Shown: piece by piece, positions 9,823-20,500 of the stretch
Layout: each line of letters begins with the position of its first letter
Position numbering within the stretch: position 1 is the first letter of the stretch
Notes under the pieces: generated by a model
The model's database searches: none
The model's input: only the letters and a program-made list of their open reading frames with translations
What the model was told of the DNA's origin: nothing
Made by a program: the position numbers and the translations under genes
IMG/VR virus record: IMGVR_UViG_2881085443_000001
From: an uncultured virus (IMG/VR IMGVR_UViG_2881085443_000001)
Taxonomy: Duplodnaviria > Heunggongvirae > Uroviricota > Caudoviricetes > Crassvirales
DNA: 64,000 bases
Strand: one strand, 5' to 3'

Positions 9823-10506
9823 ATGAACTTAAACAATGAAATTCAAGTAGCAACAGACAAGTTCCTTGCCGAAAAACTACCACAATTAGTAGAAGAAAAA
9901 GTGTCTAAAATGGTTAATGATGTTTTAGATGATGTATTCCGAAGCTACAGTGACACAGCCAAAGCTATAAAGTCTAAAATTGAAGAAAAACTAGATGTAA
10001 ACCTTCAAGAATTTGATTTGGTAGATTACAATCATTTAGTATCCAAAGCCATAAACGACAATTTGATGCAATTGGTAAATGTACAGCCAATTATGGATTT
10101 ATGCCAAGACGCTATTGGTTTTGTTAAACAAAAGACAATTAAACTTTCCGATATAGTTGAAATGTTTAAAGATGCTGCCATGGAAGATAGCTCTGACTCT
10201 AACGGAGAAATTACAGTAATTGTGGAAGTCGATGAAAAACACGGTTGGACAGAAGTATGGTTAGACTTAGATGCAAATACAAAACAGCATAATTGCGGAA
10301 TTAAATTTATCATTTCAGATAGTAGAAAGAAAATATTTTCTTTTAAATCCTCTTCTTATTTATCAAATTTAGGAAATGTATCGCCAAGCAAAATGACTCA
10401 ATTATCAAGTATAGAACATAAAGTGTTCAGGCTATATTCTGCACAAGTTGAAGTAGTTGTTGATGAATTAAAGTATGACAATAACTGGTATAGAGACGAA
10501 TATTAA
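9823..10506 (+). CDS. hypothetical protein
   Basis: 227-aa ORF with a good start context. Confidence 0.65.
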   Translation: MNLNNEIQVATDKFLAEKLPQLVEEKVSKMVNDVLDDVFRSYSDTAKAIKSKIEEKLDVNLQEFDLVDYNHLVSKAINDNLMQLVNVQPIMDLCQDAIGFVKQKTIKLSDIVEMFKDAAMEDSSDSNGEITVIVEVDEKHGWTEVWLDLDANTKQHNCGIKFIISDSRKKIFSFKSSSYLSNLGNVSPSKMTQLSSIEHKVFRLYSAQVEVVVDELKYDNNWYRDEY

Positions 10507-10520
10507 TCCAAACGAAAACC

Positions 10521-10715
10521 ATGACATTAGAAACAATTAATCAAGTAGAACAAGAAGTCTATCGATTCATGAAACGCCTTGACGCAGCCAAAGAAAGGAT
10601 TAAATCAGACAATTATTATCCATGCAGCGGAACGAAAGAAATAGGAGCTTTAAAACGCAGCGCCTTAGACTTAAAAAACGAATTAACTAAAATAACACAG
10701 CCAAAAAATGATTAA
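10521..10715 (+). CDS. hypothetical protein
   Basis: 64-aa ORF in operon. Confidence 0.55.
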   Translation: MTLETINQVEQEVYRFMKRLDAAKERIKSDNYYPCSGTKEIGALKRSALDLKNELTKITQPKND

Positions 10716-11760
10716 CTTATATAACACACAAATCGAAAGTTTGTCACTCCACAAAGTTGGAAACAAAAGCCGCAACGAGCCAATTTTTTTATCCAATGAA
10801 CCGTACCGCCTAAACGACGAAATTACGCCGTTGATCAAAGAATTTTTCTTTAAACCGTTCCGCGAAAAAGAAGAAAACTATTTTCAATTCGCTCATGATA
10901 TTGACCTGGAGTATAATGATATGTATCTTTTTGCTACAAAAATCTTTAATAATCCAAGTGATATTCATGATGTTTCTAAAGTTATAACCAAACATTTATT
11001 CGAACAATCCAATCATCCGCACATTAAGAACGGAGAAGTTTACGTGACGTACTTGACAAATGTTTCTATTGATAACAATGTGGTTGACGCTATTGGAATT
11101 TTCAAATCAGAAATAAAAAATGACTTCATTGAACTCAATGAAAACGAAAGTCATTTGGATATGATTTTGAAACAAGGAATTTCTTTGGACAAACTAGACA
11201 AAGGCTGCATCATTTTCAATTATAAAAAAGAGGAAGGATATAAGATCCTTACTGTAGATAGCAATCGATACGACAGCCGCTACTGGTTAGAGCATTTTTT
11301 ATCTGTAGATGCTTTTCACGACGAAAATTTCTTAACAAAGAAGTATCTTAAGTTTTGTCAGGATTTTGGTAAAGAAGTGATCGCGCCAGCCGAAGACAAA
11401 AAAGAAGAGGTGATGTTTATGAATCGTTCGATGAATTATTTCGCCAAAAATGACGAATTCGAAGAGACAGCATTTTTAAATGAAGTAATTGACAATCCAG
11501 ATCTAATACCGGAATTCAAAAGTTACAAAGCAGACAAAGGAGAAAAATACAGCATCGAAGACGTCTCTTCCTTTCCAATATCAAACTCAGCAGTTACCGA
11601 TGCCAGAAAGAAGTTCAAAAACGTGATTAATCTGGATACCAATATCAGTATCAGATTGGATTTTATCAACCCGGAAAATGCCGAAAAGTTTATCGAGAAA
11701 GGTTGGGACGAAGAGCGCCAAATGTATTATTACTTGGCTTATTTCAATAAAGAAGTATAA
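10708..11760 (+). CDS. nucleoid-associated protein (NdpA/YejK-like, Bacteroidetes type)
   Basis: LSLHKVGNKSRNE, HLFEQSNHPHIKNGEVYV, AIGIFKSE and KLDKGCIIFN motifs. Confidence 0.8.
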   Translation: MINLYNTQIESLSLHKVGNKSRNEPIFLSNEPYRLNDEITPLIKEFFFKPFREKEENYFQFAHDIDLEYNDMYLFATKIFNNPSDIHDVSKVITKHLFEQSNHPHIKNGEVYVTYLTNVSIDNNVVDAIGIFKSEIKNDFIELNENESHLDMILKQGISLDKLDKGCIIFNYKKEEGYKILTVDSNRYDSRYWLEHFLSVDAFHDENFLTKKYLKFCQDFGKEVIAPAEDKKEEVMFMNRSMNYFAKNDEFEETAFLNEVIDNPDLIPEFKSYKADKGEKYSIEDVSSFPISNSAVTDARKKFKNVINLDTNISIRLDFINPENAEKFIEKGWDEERQMYYYLAYFNKEV

Positions 11761-11795
11761 TTTTTAGTATAAATTATTTATACCAATAATATAAT

Positions 11796-12035
11796 ATGAC
11801 TGAAAATTTGAATCTGGCCTTCCATGAAAAAAGATTGATTGAGAAGGCCTTATTAAAAACGAAAGGAAATGTTGCCAAAGCCTATCTGTTAAACGTTCCT
11901 AAAGAAAATTACATGACGTACAAAACGTATCTGTACAAAATAAATCATGTGTACAAAATCGATAAAAAAAATATAAATGAACGAAAACAAAGTACGACAA
12001 ACGCTGCAGGAAGCGATCCACTTGTGGGGAAATGA
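11796..12035 (+). CDS. Fis-like HTH protein
   Basis: EKRLIEKALLKTKGNVAKA resembles HTH_8. Confidence 0.55.
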   Translation: MTENLNLAFHEKRLIEKALLKTKGNVAKAYLLNVPKENYMTYKTYLYKINHVYKIDKKNINERKQSTTNAAGSDPLVGK

Positions 12036-12441
12036 TGCTCAGATAAAGCTGCTTCATGAAGAAATAGGTGAACTTATGCAGGCGATAAGCAAACAGAACA
12101 GAAAGCCAAACCCAGAAAACTTCAGTCATTTATGTGAAGAAATTGCAGACGTAAAAATAATGTTGAGTCAATTAGAATTAATAACGGATCCAGATGCAGT
12201 AGCAGATCATTATTATTTCAAAATGCAAAGGTTACAAAGAAGAATTGCAGACGAGAGAACAAGAAGACTGGAAAATATTGAAAAAGCAAAAAGTCAAATT
12301 GATCCAGAAAAATACAAATTATTTGCATTGCTATGCGAAATAGGAACCAGTCCATTAGATAGCCAAATTGACGAACTGATTGCAGAAGTTAAAGAATACT
12401 CAGAAATAAAAAAAGAACAAGAATTTAATAACCTTTTTTAA
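11977..12441 (+). CDS. MazG-like NTP pyrophosphohydrolase
   Basis: EEIGELMQAISK...EEIADV acidic pairs. Confidence 0.8.
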   Translation: MNENKVRQTLQEAIHLWGNDAQIKLLHEEIGELMQAISKQNRKPNPENFSHLCEEIADVKIMLSQLELITDPDAVADHYYFKMQRLQRRIADERTRRLENIEKAKSQIDPEKYKLFALLCEIGTSPLDSQIDELIAEVKEYSEIKKEQEFNNLF

Positions 12442-12453
12442 CCAAAAAAAACA

Positions 12454-13383
12454 ATGTCAAAAATAGATCACAAATTTCACGAATTATGCCGCTTAATCCT
12501 TACTGCTGGCGTTGAATACAACAACAAGAACAGAGGCGTAAAAAGACTCCAGATTCCAAGCTTTACGCTTCGCCATGAATTCAAAGACGGATTCCCGGCC
12601 ATTACCAACAAAAGATTGTATTGGAAAGGAACCACCGGAGAATTAATCTGGTTTTTACGTGGCGATAACAACGTAGAATACCTGAACAAAAACGGAATCG
12701 TATTCTGGAATGAAGACGCCTATAACTGGCATAAAAAATACGCGAATCACGTAGTATCGTTTGAGAATTTCCAGGAACGCGGCGTAGGTTCGGTAGGCCA
12801 AAACTACTCCGTACAATGGAGGAACTTCAACGGCAAAACAGATCAGATCCAATTGCTGATTGACGGCATGAAAAAAGATATTATGTCAAGCCGTTTAAAA
12901 GTAAATGCATGGAACCCTAGCGAATTGGACCAAACAGCATTACCGCCATGCCATTCTGAATTTCAGATTATTGGCGTGCCATTAGAAAACGGAACTTTTG
13001 GTTTTGAATTGCATTGGAACCAGCGCAGCGTAGATACTTTTCTGGGACTTCCATTAAATATTGCTTCTTATGGATTACTGGCTAAAATGTTAGAGCAAAT
13101 AACGGGATTCAAAGCATTAGCAATCGAAGGAACTTTAAAATGTGTTCACTTTTATGATAATCAATACGAAGCGGCAAAGGAATTATTAGAAAGAGATCCG
13201 GATCACCATCAAAATTGTGAACTAGAAATAAACGACGAATTCAAATTAAATTGCGAAGGTTTTGCAAGAGGAATAATCACTTTAGATACATTAATGCAGC
13301 TAACAGACATTAATATGTTTAAACTAAAAGGCTACACTTGTGATGCTGAAATCAAAGTAGCAATGTTGGCACCAAAACAGTAA
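12454..13383 (+). CDS. thyA: thymidylate synthase
   Basis: ELIWFLRG, AWNP...ALPPCH, QRSVDTFLGLPLNIASY and HFYDNQ. Confidence 0.95.
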   Translation: MSKIDHKFHELCRLILTAGVEYNNKNRGVKRLQIPSFTLRHEFKDGFPAITNKRLYWKGTTGELIWFLRGDNNVEYLNKNGIVFWNEDAYNWHKKYANHVVSFENFQERGVGSVGQNYSVQWRNFNGKTDQIQLLIDGMKKDIMSSRLKVNAWNPSELDQTALPPCHSEFQIIGVPLENGTFGFELHWNQRSVDTFLGLPLNIASYGLLAKMLEQITGFKALAIEGTLKCVHFYDNQYEAAKELLERDPDHHQNCELEINDEFKLNCEGFARGIITLDTLMQLTDINMFKLKGYTCDAEIKVAMLAPKQ

Positions 13384-13414
13384 CCATAAATAAATACCTA
13401 AAACCCAAATTAAA

Positions 13415-13660
13415 ATGAGAGCATTAGAAGAGTTTGAAATTACAAAAATTAAACAAGTTATTGCGGATAAAACAGATGTTGATTTAGAGAAAGTCACTGA
13501 AGATTCTAATCTACAAGACCACCTTGGAATAGATAGTCTGGATATAGTGGAGATCATTATAGAGTTGGAAGAAATGTTTAAATGTACCATTCCGGATGAA
13601 GACTATGAACATACAGTAAACGTTAAGGACCTGCTCAAAATCGTAGAGCAAAATTTATAA
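13415..13660 (+). CDS. acpP: acyl carrier protein
   Basis: LGIDSLDIVEIIIELEEMF with the phosphopantetheine-attachment Ser. Confidence 0.9.
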   Translation: MRALEEFEITKIKQVIADKTDVDLEKVTEDSNLQDHLGIDSLDIVEIIIELEEMFKCTIPDEDYEHTVNVKDLLKIVEQNL

Positions 13661-13738
13661 AATCTAAAGTGGTCAAATTCGACCACTTTAAAAATACATT
13701 TTAAACCTCGCTTGTATAGGTAAAAGCTAATCTATATT

Positions 13739-13990
13739 ATGAATAAAGCACAATTAGTAAAAGAAGTTGCTTCGGCAACAGGGCAAACGCTTGCGGAAGC
13801 AAACGCATCAGTAGAAGCAGTTTTAACAGCTATCAAAACTGGATTATCAAGTGAAGGTCAAACAAGAGTTTTAGGTTTTGGAGTTTTCAAAAACGTGATC
13901 CGAAAAGCCAGATCCGGACGTAATCCTTCAACGGGAGAGATTCTGTACCTTCCTGAAAAAACAGTGGTAAAATTTAAACCATTTTTCTAA
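13739..13990 (+). CDS. HU/IHF family DNA-binding protein
   Basis: MNKAQLV...GFGVF...RKARSGRNPSTGE. Confidence 0.92.
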   Translation: MNKAQLVKEVASATGQTLAEANASVEAVLTAIKTGLSSEGQTRVLGFGVFKNVIRKARSGRNPSTGEILYLPEKTVVKFKPFF

Positions 13991-13994
13991 AACC

Positions 13995-14026
13995 AAAAAA
14001 CCTTACTATAACAGTAAGGTTTTTTT
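13995..14026 (+). terminator. intrinsic terminator
   Basis: AAAAAACCTTACT-ATAAC-AGTAAGGTTTTTT hairpin with T-run. Confidence 0.75.
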
Positions 14027-14057
14027 CAACACTAACTATTAATTAAGATATAAAATT

Positions 14058-14288
14058 ATGATTAGATTTTTAAAAATTACAGGAATTTATCTTGATGATA
14101 AAAAAAGCTTTGCATTTTACAATACAGTCACTAATAAATTATTAGAATTTGATGGAAATCAAGTTTTTGATGATTTAGAAGATTTTGATTTATATTACAC
14201 TTCAAAATGCGGTTATGATTATGACAGATTAACTGGATTAATTCCTTTGGGTTATTTTTCTGAAGATTCCAACGAAGCTGACGCATAA
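14058..14288 (+). CDS. hypothetical acidic protein flanked by 19-bp direct repeats
   Basis: 76-aa ORF; ATAACAGTAAGGTTTTTTT at 14008 and 14285. Confidence 0.6.
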   Translation: MIRFLKITGIYLDDKKSFAFYNTVTNKLLEFDGNQVFDDLEDFDLYYTSKCGYDYDRLTGLIPLGYFSEDSNEADA

Positions 14289-14334
14289 CAGTAAGGTTTT
14301 TTTTATTATATTTGGTTAACGAAAATAGTAAACC

Positions 14335-14550
14335 ATGAAAAATTTATCTTTAATAGCAATAGCTATAGTATTGTTGTCTTGCTCTAAGGACGATGATTGT
14401 CAGATAGTAACAGGATTAGAAGCTGTACAAACCAGTACCGGTTGGAAATATACAATCGAACTCGATAGAAGCGATCCTATTATTACCAATAAGGCTACCA
14501 CTGATTTTTACCGGGGACGAAGCGGAATGTGCTTTGAAGGATACAAATAA
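14335..14550 (+). CDS. small lipoprotein
   Basis: Signal peptide with lipobox LLSC followed by SKDDD; TATATTTG promoter element just upstream. Confidence 0.75.
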   Translation: MKNLSLIAIAIVLLSCSKDDDCQIVTGLEAVQTSTGWKYTIELDRSDPIITNKATTDFYRGRSGMCFEGYK

Positions 14551-14552
14551 TT

Positions 14553-14579
14553 AAAACGCCCTATTCCGGGCGTTTTTTT
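14553..14579. terminator. bidirectional terminator between convergent operons
   Basis: AAAACGCCC-TATTCC-GGGCGTTTT. Confidence 0.7.
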
Positions 14580-17500
14580 GTTGCTAATTCTTTTTTTAGT
14601 TTGTTGTAGGCCTGCATCGTGGCAGGAGTCAATATCCCTTTAGCTTTTTTCATTTGTATCATTACAGCTCGGCTATCTTTGGATCCGTCAAAAATATCTC
14701 CGTAATAATGCATGATCATTAATGCCTTGGCCTCATTTCCTTGCTCGTATTTTATATCCAGAATTGTTCCGTCAACATCTTTCAATCGGATTTTGTCCTT
14801 GATTTTGTTATAAATACGTTTCTTTTCAATCGGTTCCAGCTCTCCCATTTTAGAATCTAAATCAGCTTTCGAAATTTCTTTGTTTACAAATTGTTTCGTC
14901 AGCGTATTAAATTCGGCTTTGGTGCGGTGCTTCTCTATGTTGATAGCGTCCAGTTTCTCCTGCATTTCTTTCTTACCTGCTAATTGTCGGTTAAAATCAG
15001 AAGTATAACTATGCGTTCTTTTCGTGAACGATTTTAAAGTTGTCTTCGCTAATTCACTCCCTATTTGTTTCATTCCTTTGTCAGAACCTGCAGCATCGGC
15101 ACCACCATAAAGCATGCCTACAAATGGATTGGTTCCCGGTGAAGTAATCAAACTTTCTACAAATCCTTTGGTCCTAACGGGAGATAAACCAAAATTCTCA
15201 CCAATTTTCTTGTAAAAATCCTCAGTACTCGATAACGTAATCCCTTCCACTGCTAATGGAACTTTTCCAATATCAAATGATAACGGTTCGTCCTTAAAGA
15301 AATCGTATCCGGTTGCATACGTCATAGTCGCCTTGATAGCAGGACTTCTGGTAAAAAAACCTGCAGGACTTGTCACGTCAACTGGCATAATATGATTAAA
15401 AGCAGATAAACCTTCTGCTGTTATTTTTCCGGCGCTTTTCTTTTCTTGTCCGGCCAGACTTCGGATCAGGTTATTAAAAATATTATCGGTCAATGACATA
15501 ACCGGAGCAAGCTCTTGTGCTTTAGCTATTTTTATCACCATATATTGTCCGTCTTCATTTTTAAAAGGAGTTGGAATATTCATGTATTTCTCTTTCTGAT
15601 AACTACTGATTCCTGCAACAGCATCCAGATAAATTTCATAGGTCGTTTTGTCTTCATCATCATCGCTTTTCATAGCGGATATTAAAGCTAATGAAATTCC
15701 TATTGGCACCGTACTAGCTAATGTAGCGACTTGCAAAACTTTGGCTGTAGTGCCTACAGGATCTTTTTCAAAGGCCGTTGCAGCTACTCTACCTCCCTGG
15801 AAGGCCACATTGATATAAGGAATAAAAGCTTCCATATCTTTAGTGATGGATCCACCTTGGTTGAAATCCAGAATTCCTCTGGCACTGGCAACTGCTTGAC
15901 TGTAAATATCGTCAATTTGTTGCTTGTCGGTAACTTCTGAAATATCGCTGAATCTTAGATCTTTCAACTGGTTTTGAATCGTACGCTGAAAAATACCCAA
16001 ACGAAACATCATTTCGCTGTACTGAGATATTTTATGTAAAGTAACTTTATTGAAAATTGATTTGGCAATATCCCTGGTATTGGCTGAAACTGCTTTTTCT
16101 AAGACTTGTCCCATTACCGACTCTTTTTTCAACTTTCCTTGTGAACTCAAAAAATCCATGGCACCACCGTATTCAATGTATTTTTTTAATACATCACTTT
16201 GCGGCTTGCGTATTTCTTTGATTGCTTTTGCCACATCTTTTGCTACCTGAAACATCGCTTTGGGTACAATATTGCTGTACTGATCGGAGAAAGTAAGCGT
16301 AAACAAAAAGTCACGCGGCGTATTAACAATCGGAAATGCAGGATTATTACCCGTTGCAATGGCTTTGACTAATGCAGCTCCCGAAGCATACGATATGAAT
16401 TCCTTAGCATTACTGCTTAAAAATCCGGCTACATTATTATTCCAGGATTCATGTAATTCGTCTTCTAAAAAGAATTCCTGTCGCTGGCCGTTCACGTAAT
16501 AATACGCTTTCGAAAAGTTCGCAGGAGTTTTGTCGTAAAGGTATTTGTTGGTTGTACTATTAAAAGGATTGTCAATGACTTTTGAAGACAATTCCTTGAA
16601 ATATTTATAAAAACGAACGTCGTCACCTTTCAAATTTTTAGGATTTAATTTGTCAAAACGTGCTTTTGCTTTTTGAAATTCGCCCGTCATGAATCGCTTA
16701 TTGATATTATTCATCGCCATTGCTTTGGACCTGGACGATAACGAATTAGTAAGCAGCCATTCGGAATTCAAAACCAAACTGTTAGCGTCTCCTTCTGACA
16801 TAGATTTAATCTGATCTGAACTTAAACCACCGCTATCTACATTATTGGTTCGCTTGGCGGTTTCAATATCGCCATTAAAATCAGTGACAAACTGCAAAAA
16901 TACACGCGGCTGGTAATCTACATCGCTCATAGAATCAAATGACTCTTGTGATAGCAATCCGTTATCCAGCATATCTTTTAGTATTCCTTTATACGTGTCA
17001 AAATAAGCTTCGGAACGTTCTACCAGCTCATTAAATTTTTCGGTACCCAATTCCTTTTCTAATTGAGATAAGAATTTCTCCGATTTGTTTTTATCTATAA
17101 AATTAGGGTGCGAAACCGGATCCAGTCCTCTAGCTTCACGATTCGTATCTATTGCAATAAAACGTTTGGCCTGAATGATTTCATCAAGAATAGCGCGTTC
17201 TGCTGTAGTCAGTCCTTTGTAAATTTTATTGTAAGCTTCTTCAAATTGTATTTTAGCTCTACCAGAAGCGCCTTGTGCATTGACAATTAAATTCTGGATC
17301 ACTTTCATTCCGGATTTATTCAACAAGCTTTTAGCTAAATATTGGCGGTCCGTGAACTTCTTTACAAAATTACGGTAGGCGTCTCTTATATATTCTGAAG
17401 GAAGTTTTTTGTTTTTTAATTCGGCACGTGCTTTTGCAAATGTGGCCTTCACTTCATTGTAAGCATCCTCTTCTGAAATATTCTCGGAAGCAGCACGATT

Positions 17501-20500
17501 TAATAAATTCTCAGCTTGGCGTTCGTTGGCCGGATCAATAGCGCTTATTTTATTCAAAAAATTAGTCTGAAAATCATTTTCAATATCAGCTTGCTCTGTT
17601 TGTGTTAGGTTTTTGAACCAGTCACTTTGTTTTACAGCGTCAAGTCCTGCCTGAATAATTTCTGCAGCTAATTTACCAGCTTTTACCGCTATTTTCATTG
17701 CCTGAATAGCAGCTTTAGCCACAACAATAGGAATTCCCACTGATAGGTTGTCTCTACCAAAATCATTAAGCTCCTTTTCAGCATTTTCTAACCATTCCAG
17801 GATTTGATCCGGAGTCGATTTGTCGTCTATTTCAAAATTGATTTCTTTAGTAGAAACCACTTCTCCATTTTCAATTTTTGCTTTTAAATCGGTTAATTGT
17901 TTGATCTCTGCCTGAGCATCTTTAATCGCCTGGCGCTCTTTGGCCGTTGCTTTGTTTCTGGCGTCAACATCTACTCTTTCATCAAAAAGCTTGTTTTCAT
18001 TCTGGTTTGGTCGCTCTCCAAAAATATCTTCATTGTCTTTTAGCAATTCTTTATCTAAGAGTTTTGCTTTGCGGTCCAATGCTTCCTTAGCAATTCTAAG
18101 GTTTTCATTCGCTTGCGCCAGTTTAGCATTTACTTCTTTTAATTCCGGGGATTCAGCATTTATTTCTTTGCCTTTTTCTTGTCCTCCGCGTACTTCTTCG
18201 CTATCGCTAATCGCATCGCCTTCATTCGGATCAGGTAATCCTTGTCGGTCTGATTCGTGTTGGTCGTAGAGTTCTCTTTGCTGTTCTCCTGTAAGGGATT
18301 CAATGGATTTTTCGTATTCATTTTGATAGTATTTTAGTTTTTCACTTTCGTTCAAATTGTCTTCGGCTTGTACCGCGTCAAATAAGGTTTGTTCTGCTTC
18401 AGTTATAAATTCTTTATTCGCTTCAATAGCGTCTGCTTCGTTCATGCCGTAGAACGGATCAATTGATCTTTTATACATTTCATGCACACTTTCCTTTACA
18501 TCATTGACACTGCCAAAACCAGCGATAATATCAATCAAATGATCTCTTACTGCCTTTTCATCCAATTCAACAAAATCAGCTCCGGAAACAATCCCTTCCG
18601 CTACATTTTCAATGCTAGGTAATTTCTTTGTGGAAAACGGATCGGTGGCCCACTTGCTGTCCATGTTTCCTACTTCGGTCTGAATACTTTCTTTAGAGAA
18701 CTTTACGCCTCTGGCAATTTCTAATAACGCATATTCATACTCGGTAGTAGGTATAAAGTTATCAATACTATCTTGAATTTGCTTTTTATTTTCAATATTT
18801 ATTTCATTGTCCGATAAACCGCCTTCTGCAATAGCTAATATTTTGTAATAATTGGCGTTTTTAACAGGTTTGTAGACAGGTTTATTGTCAACCAGTTTTT
18901 TTAGCTTCCGTTGCGTGTATTTTGGAACCTCGGTACCGTCTTTTTTGAAAATCTTTACTTCGCCTTTGCTGTCAGTTTCAACGGTAAATTCAGTTTCCTT
19001 ACCCCAACTTTTATATTTTACGGTTTTCTTTACAACGTCGCTTTTCGCTGCAGGTGGTCCTAACAGCTTTTCTACCGCTGTAACTAATTCTGGATTAGAT
19101 CCATCTAATTTAGCTTTGTGGTATCCTTCTGCAATAGTTTTAGAATAAGGTTGTGAAAATATTTTATCATCAGCTACAGCGTATTTAAAGTCGGTTACAC
19201 CTGACGCTAATTGAGCTTTTACTCTATTGTTACCGTCTAATATTTTACCATTTTTATCTAGTAAAATTACATTATTAGGCAACTTTCCTCCGTTTTTTAA
19301 AAACTCATATATTTTATACGCACTTCCTACTTCTTTATCTATCTTTTCAGGACTATTTACATACCGATCAAAAGGTAATGCGAAATCACTCTGTTTTATA
19401 TCTTTGTAATTTATTGTGCCTTCTAATGGTAATGCATTAATTGCAAAAGCAAAAGCTTGCTCTTTAGGGATTACGGTTTCAAGCGCCTTAGCAGTGCTTT
19501 CCACATCTTTTAACGGATCGATTCCTTTATTTTCTCCGGCGTCAGCGGCACCCGGTACACTTTCTTTTGCAGGACCTTCCGGCTTGGCATTTCCGTTTTC
19601 TCCCACATTGTCAGCTCCAATTCGAAGGTTTCCATCAGCAGGAGTATTTGTTGGCGGTGCTGCTTCATTTGTTCCTTGTTTATTTATTATTTCACTGGAC
19701 AACAATTCTTTAAAAGAATTTACTGTCGGAGCTATTTTTTCAAGCGCATTGGTCTTCTGATCAGATGTTAAACTATTAAAAGTCATACCTGGAGGTAAAA
19801 AAGCTTTTGCTAATTCCTTTGCGATTTTAGTCAATTCAACTTCCGTTAATACGTCTTGGTTGTTTCTAACGGAGTCATAGCCTGAATCCTTTGTTGAAAA
19901 TCTCTTAGTAAGGCTTTCTTTTATTGCAGTTTCTAATTGATACTGCTTTTCTTTATTTTTAAAATACTTAGGAATATTTAGTTTGTTATTTATTATATCA
20001 TTTAAAATGTCCTTAAAAACAGTGTTGTTATGGTTTTCTAATGTAGATCGGTCTTTTGCATTTTGTCGTATTTCCGAATTTGAATTTATTTTTTCAAAAA
20101 TCTCCGACTTAGGAATGCCTTGCGCTAAATACTCTTTCTCTAATCTTTCAGAAATCTCGTCATGTTTTTTGTCGTAGGAGTCATTATGAGTATTTATCTC
20201 TTCTGGAGTGTAAAAAGTTTTCTTAACCTCTTTTGTGTTTGCAACAACCGGAGCAACTTCATTTGTTGACGTCGCTGCTTCATTAATAATCTGATTTATT
20301 TTGGCATTATATTCTGCCTCTATTTTTCTATTATTAATATAAGACGGCGTTTTAACAAGTTCACTTTCTTCAAGTCCTTGTGGCTCTAATAGCAATTTAC
20401 TATTTCTTTCTTCCTCTAAGTTTTTTAACGTTTCTTTTTGGTTATCTGATAGTTCAGAAACACTAGGAACCGGACTAGCTTCCGCAGCCGGTTCTTTCGT

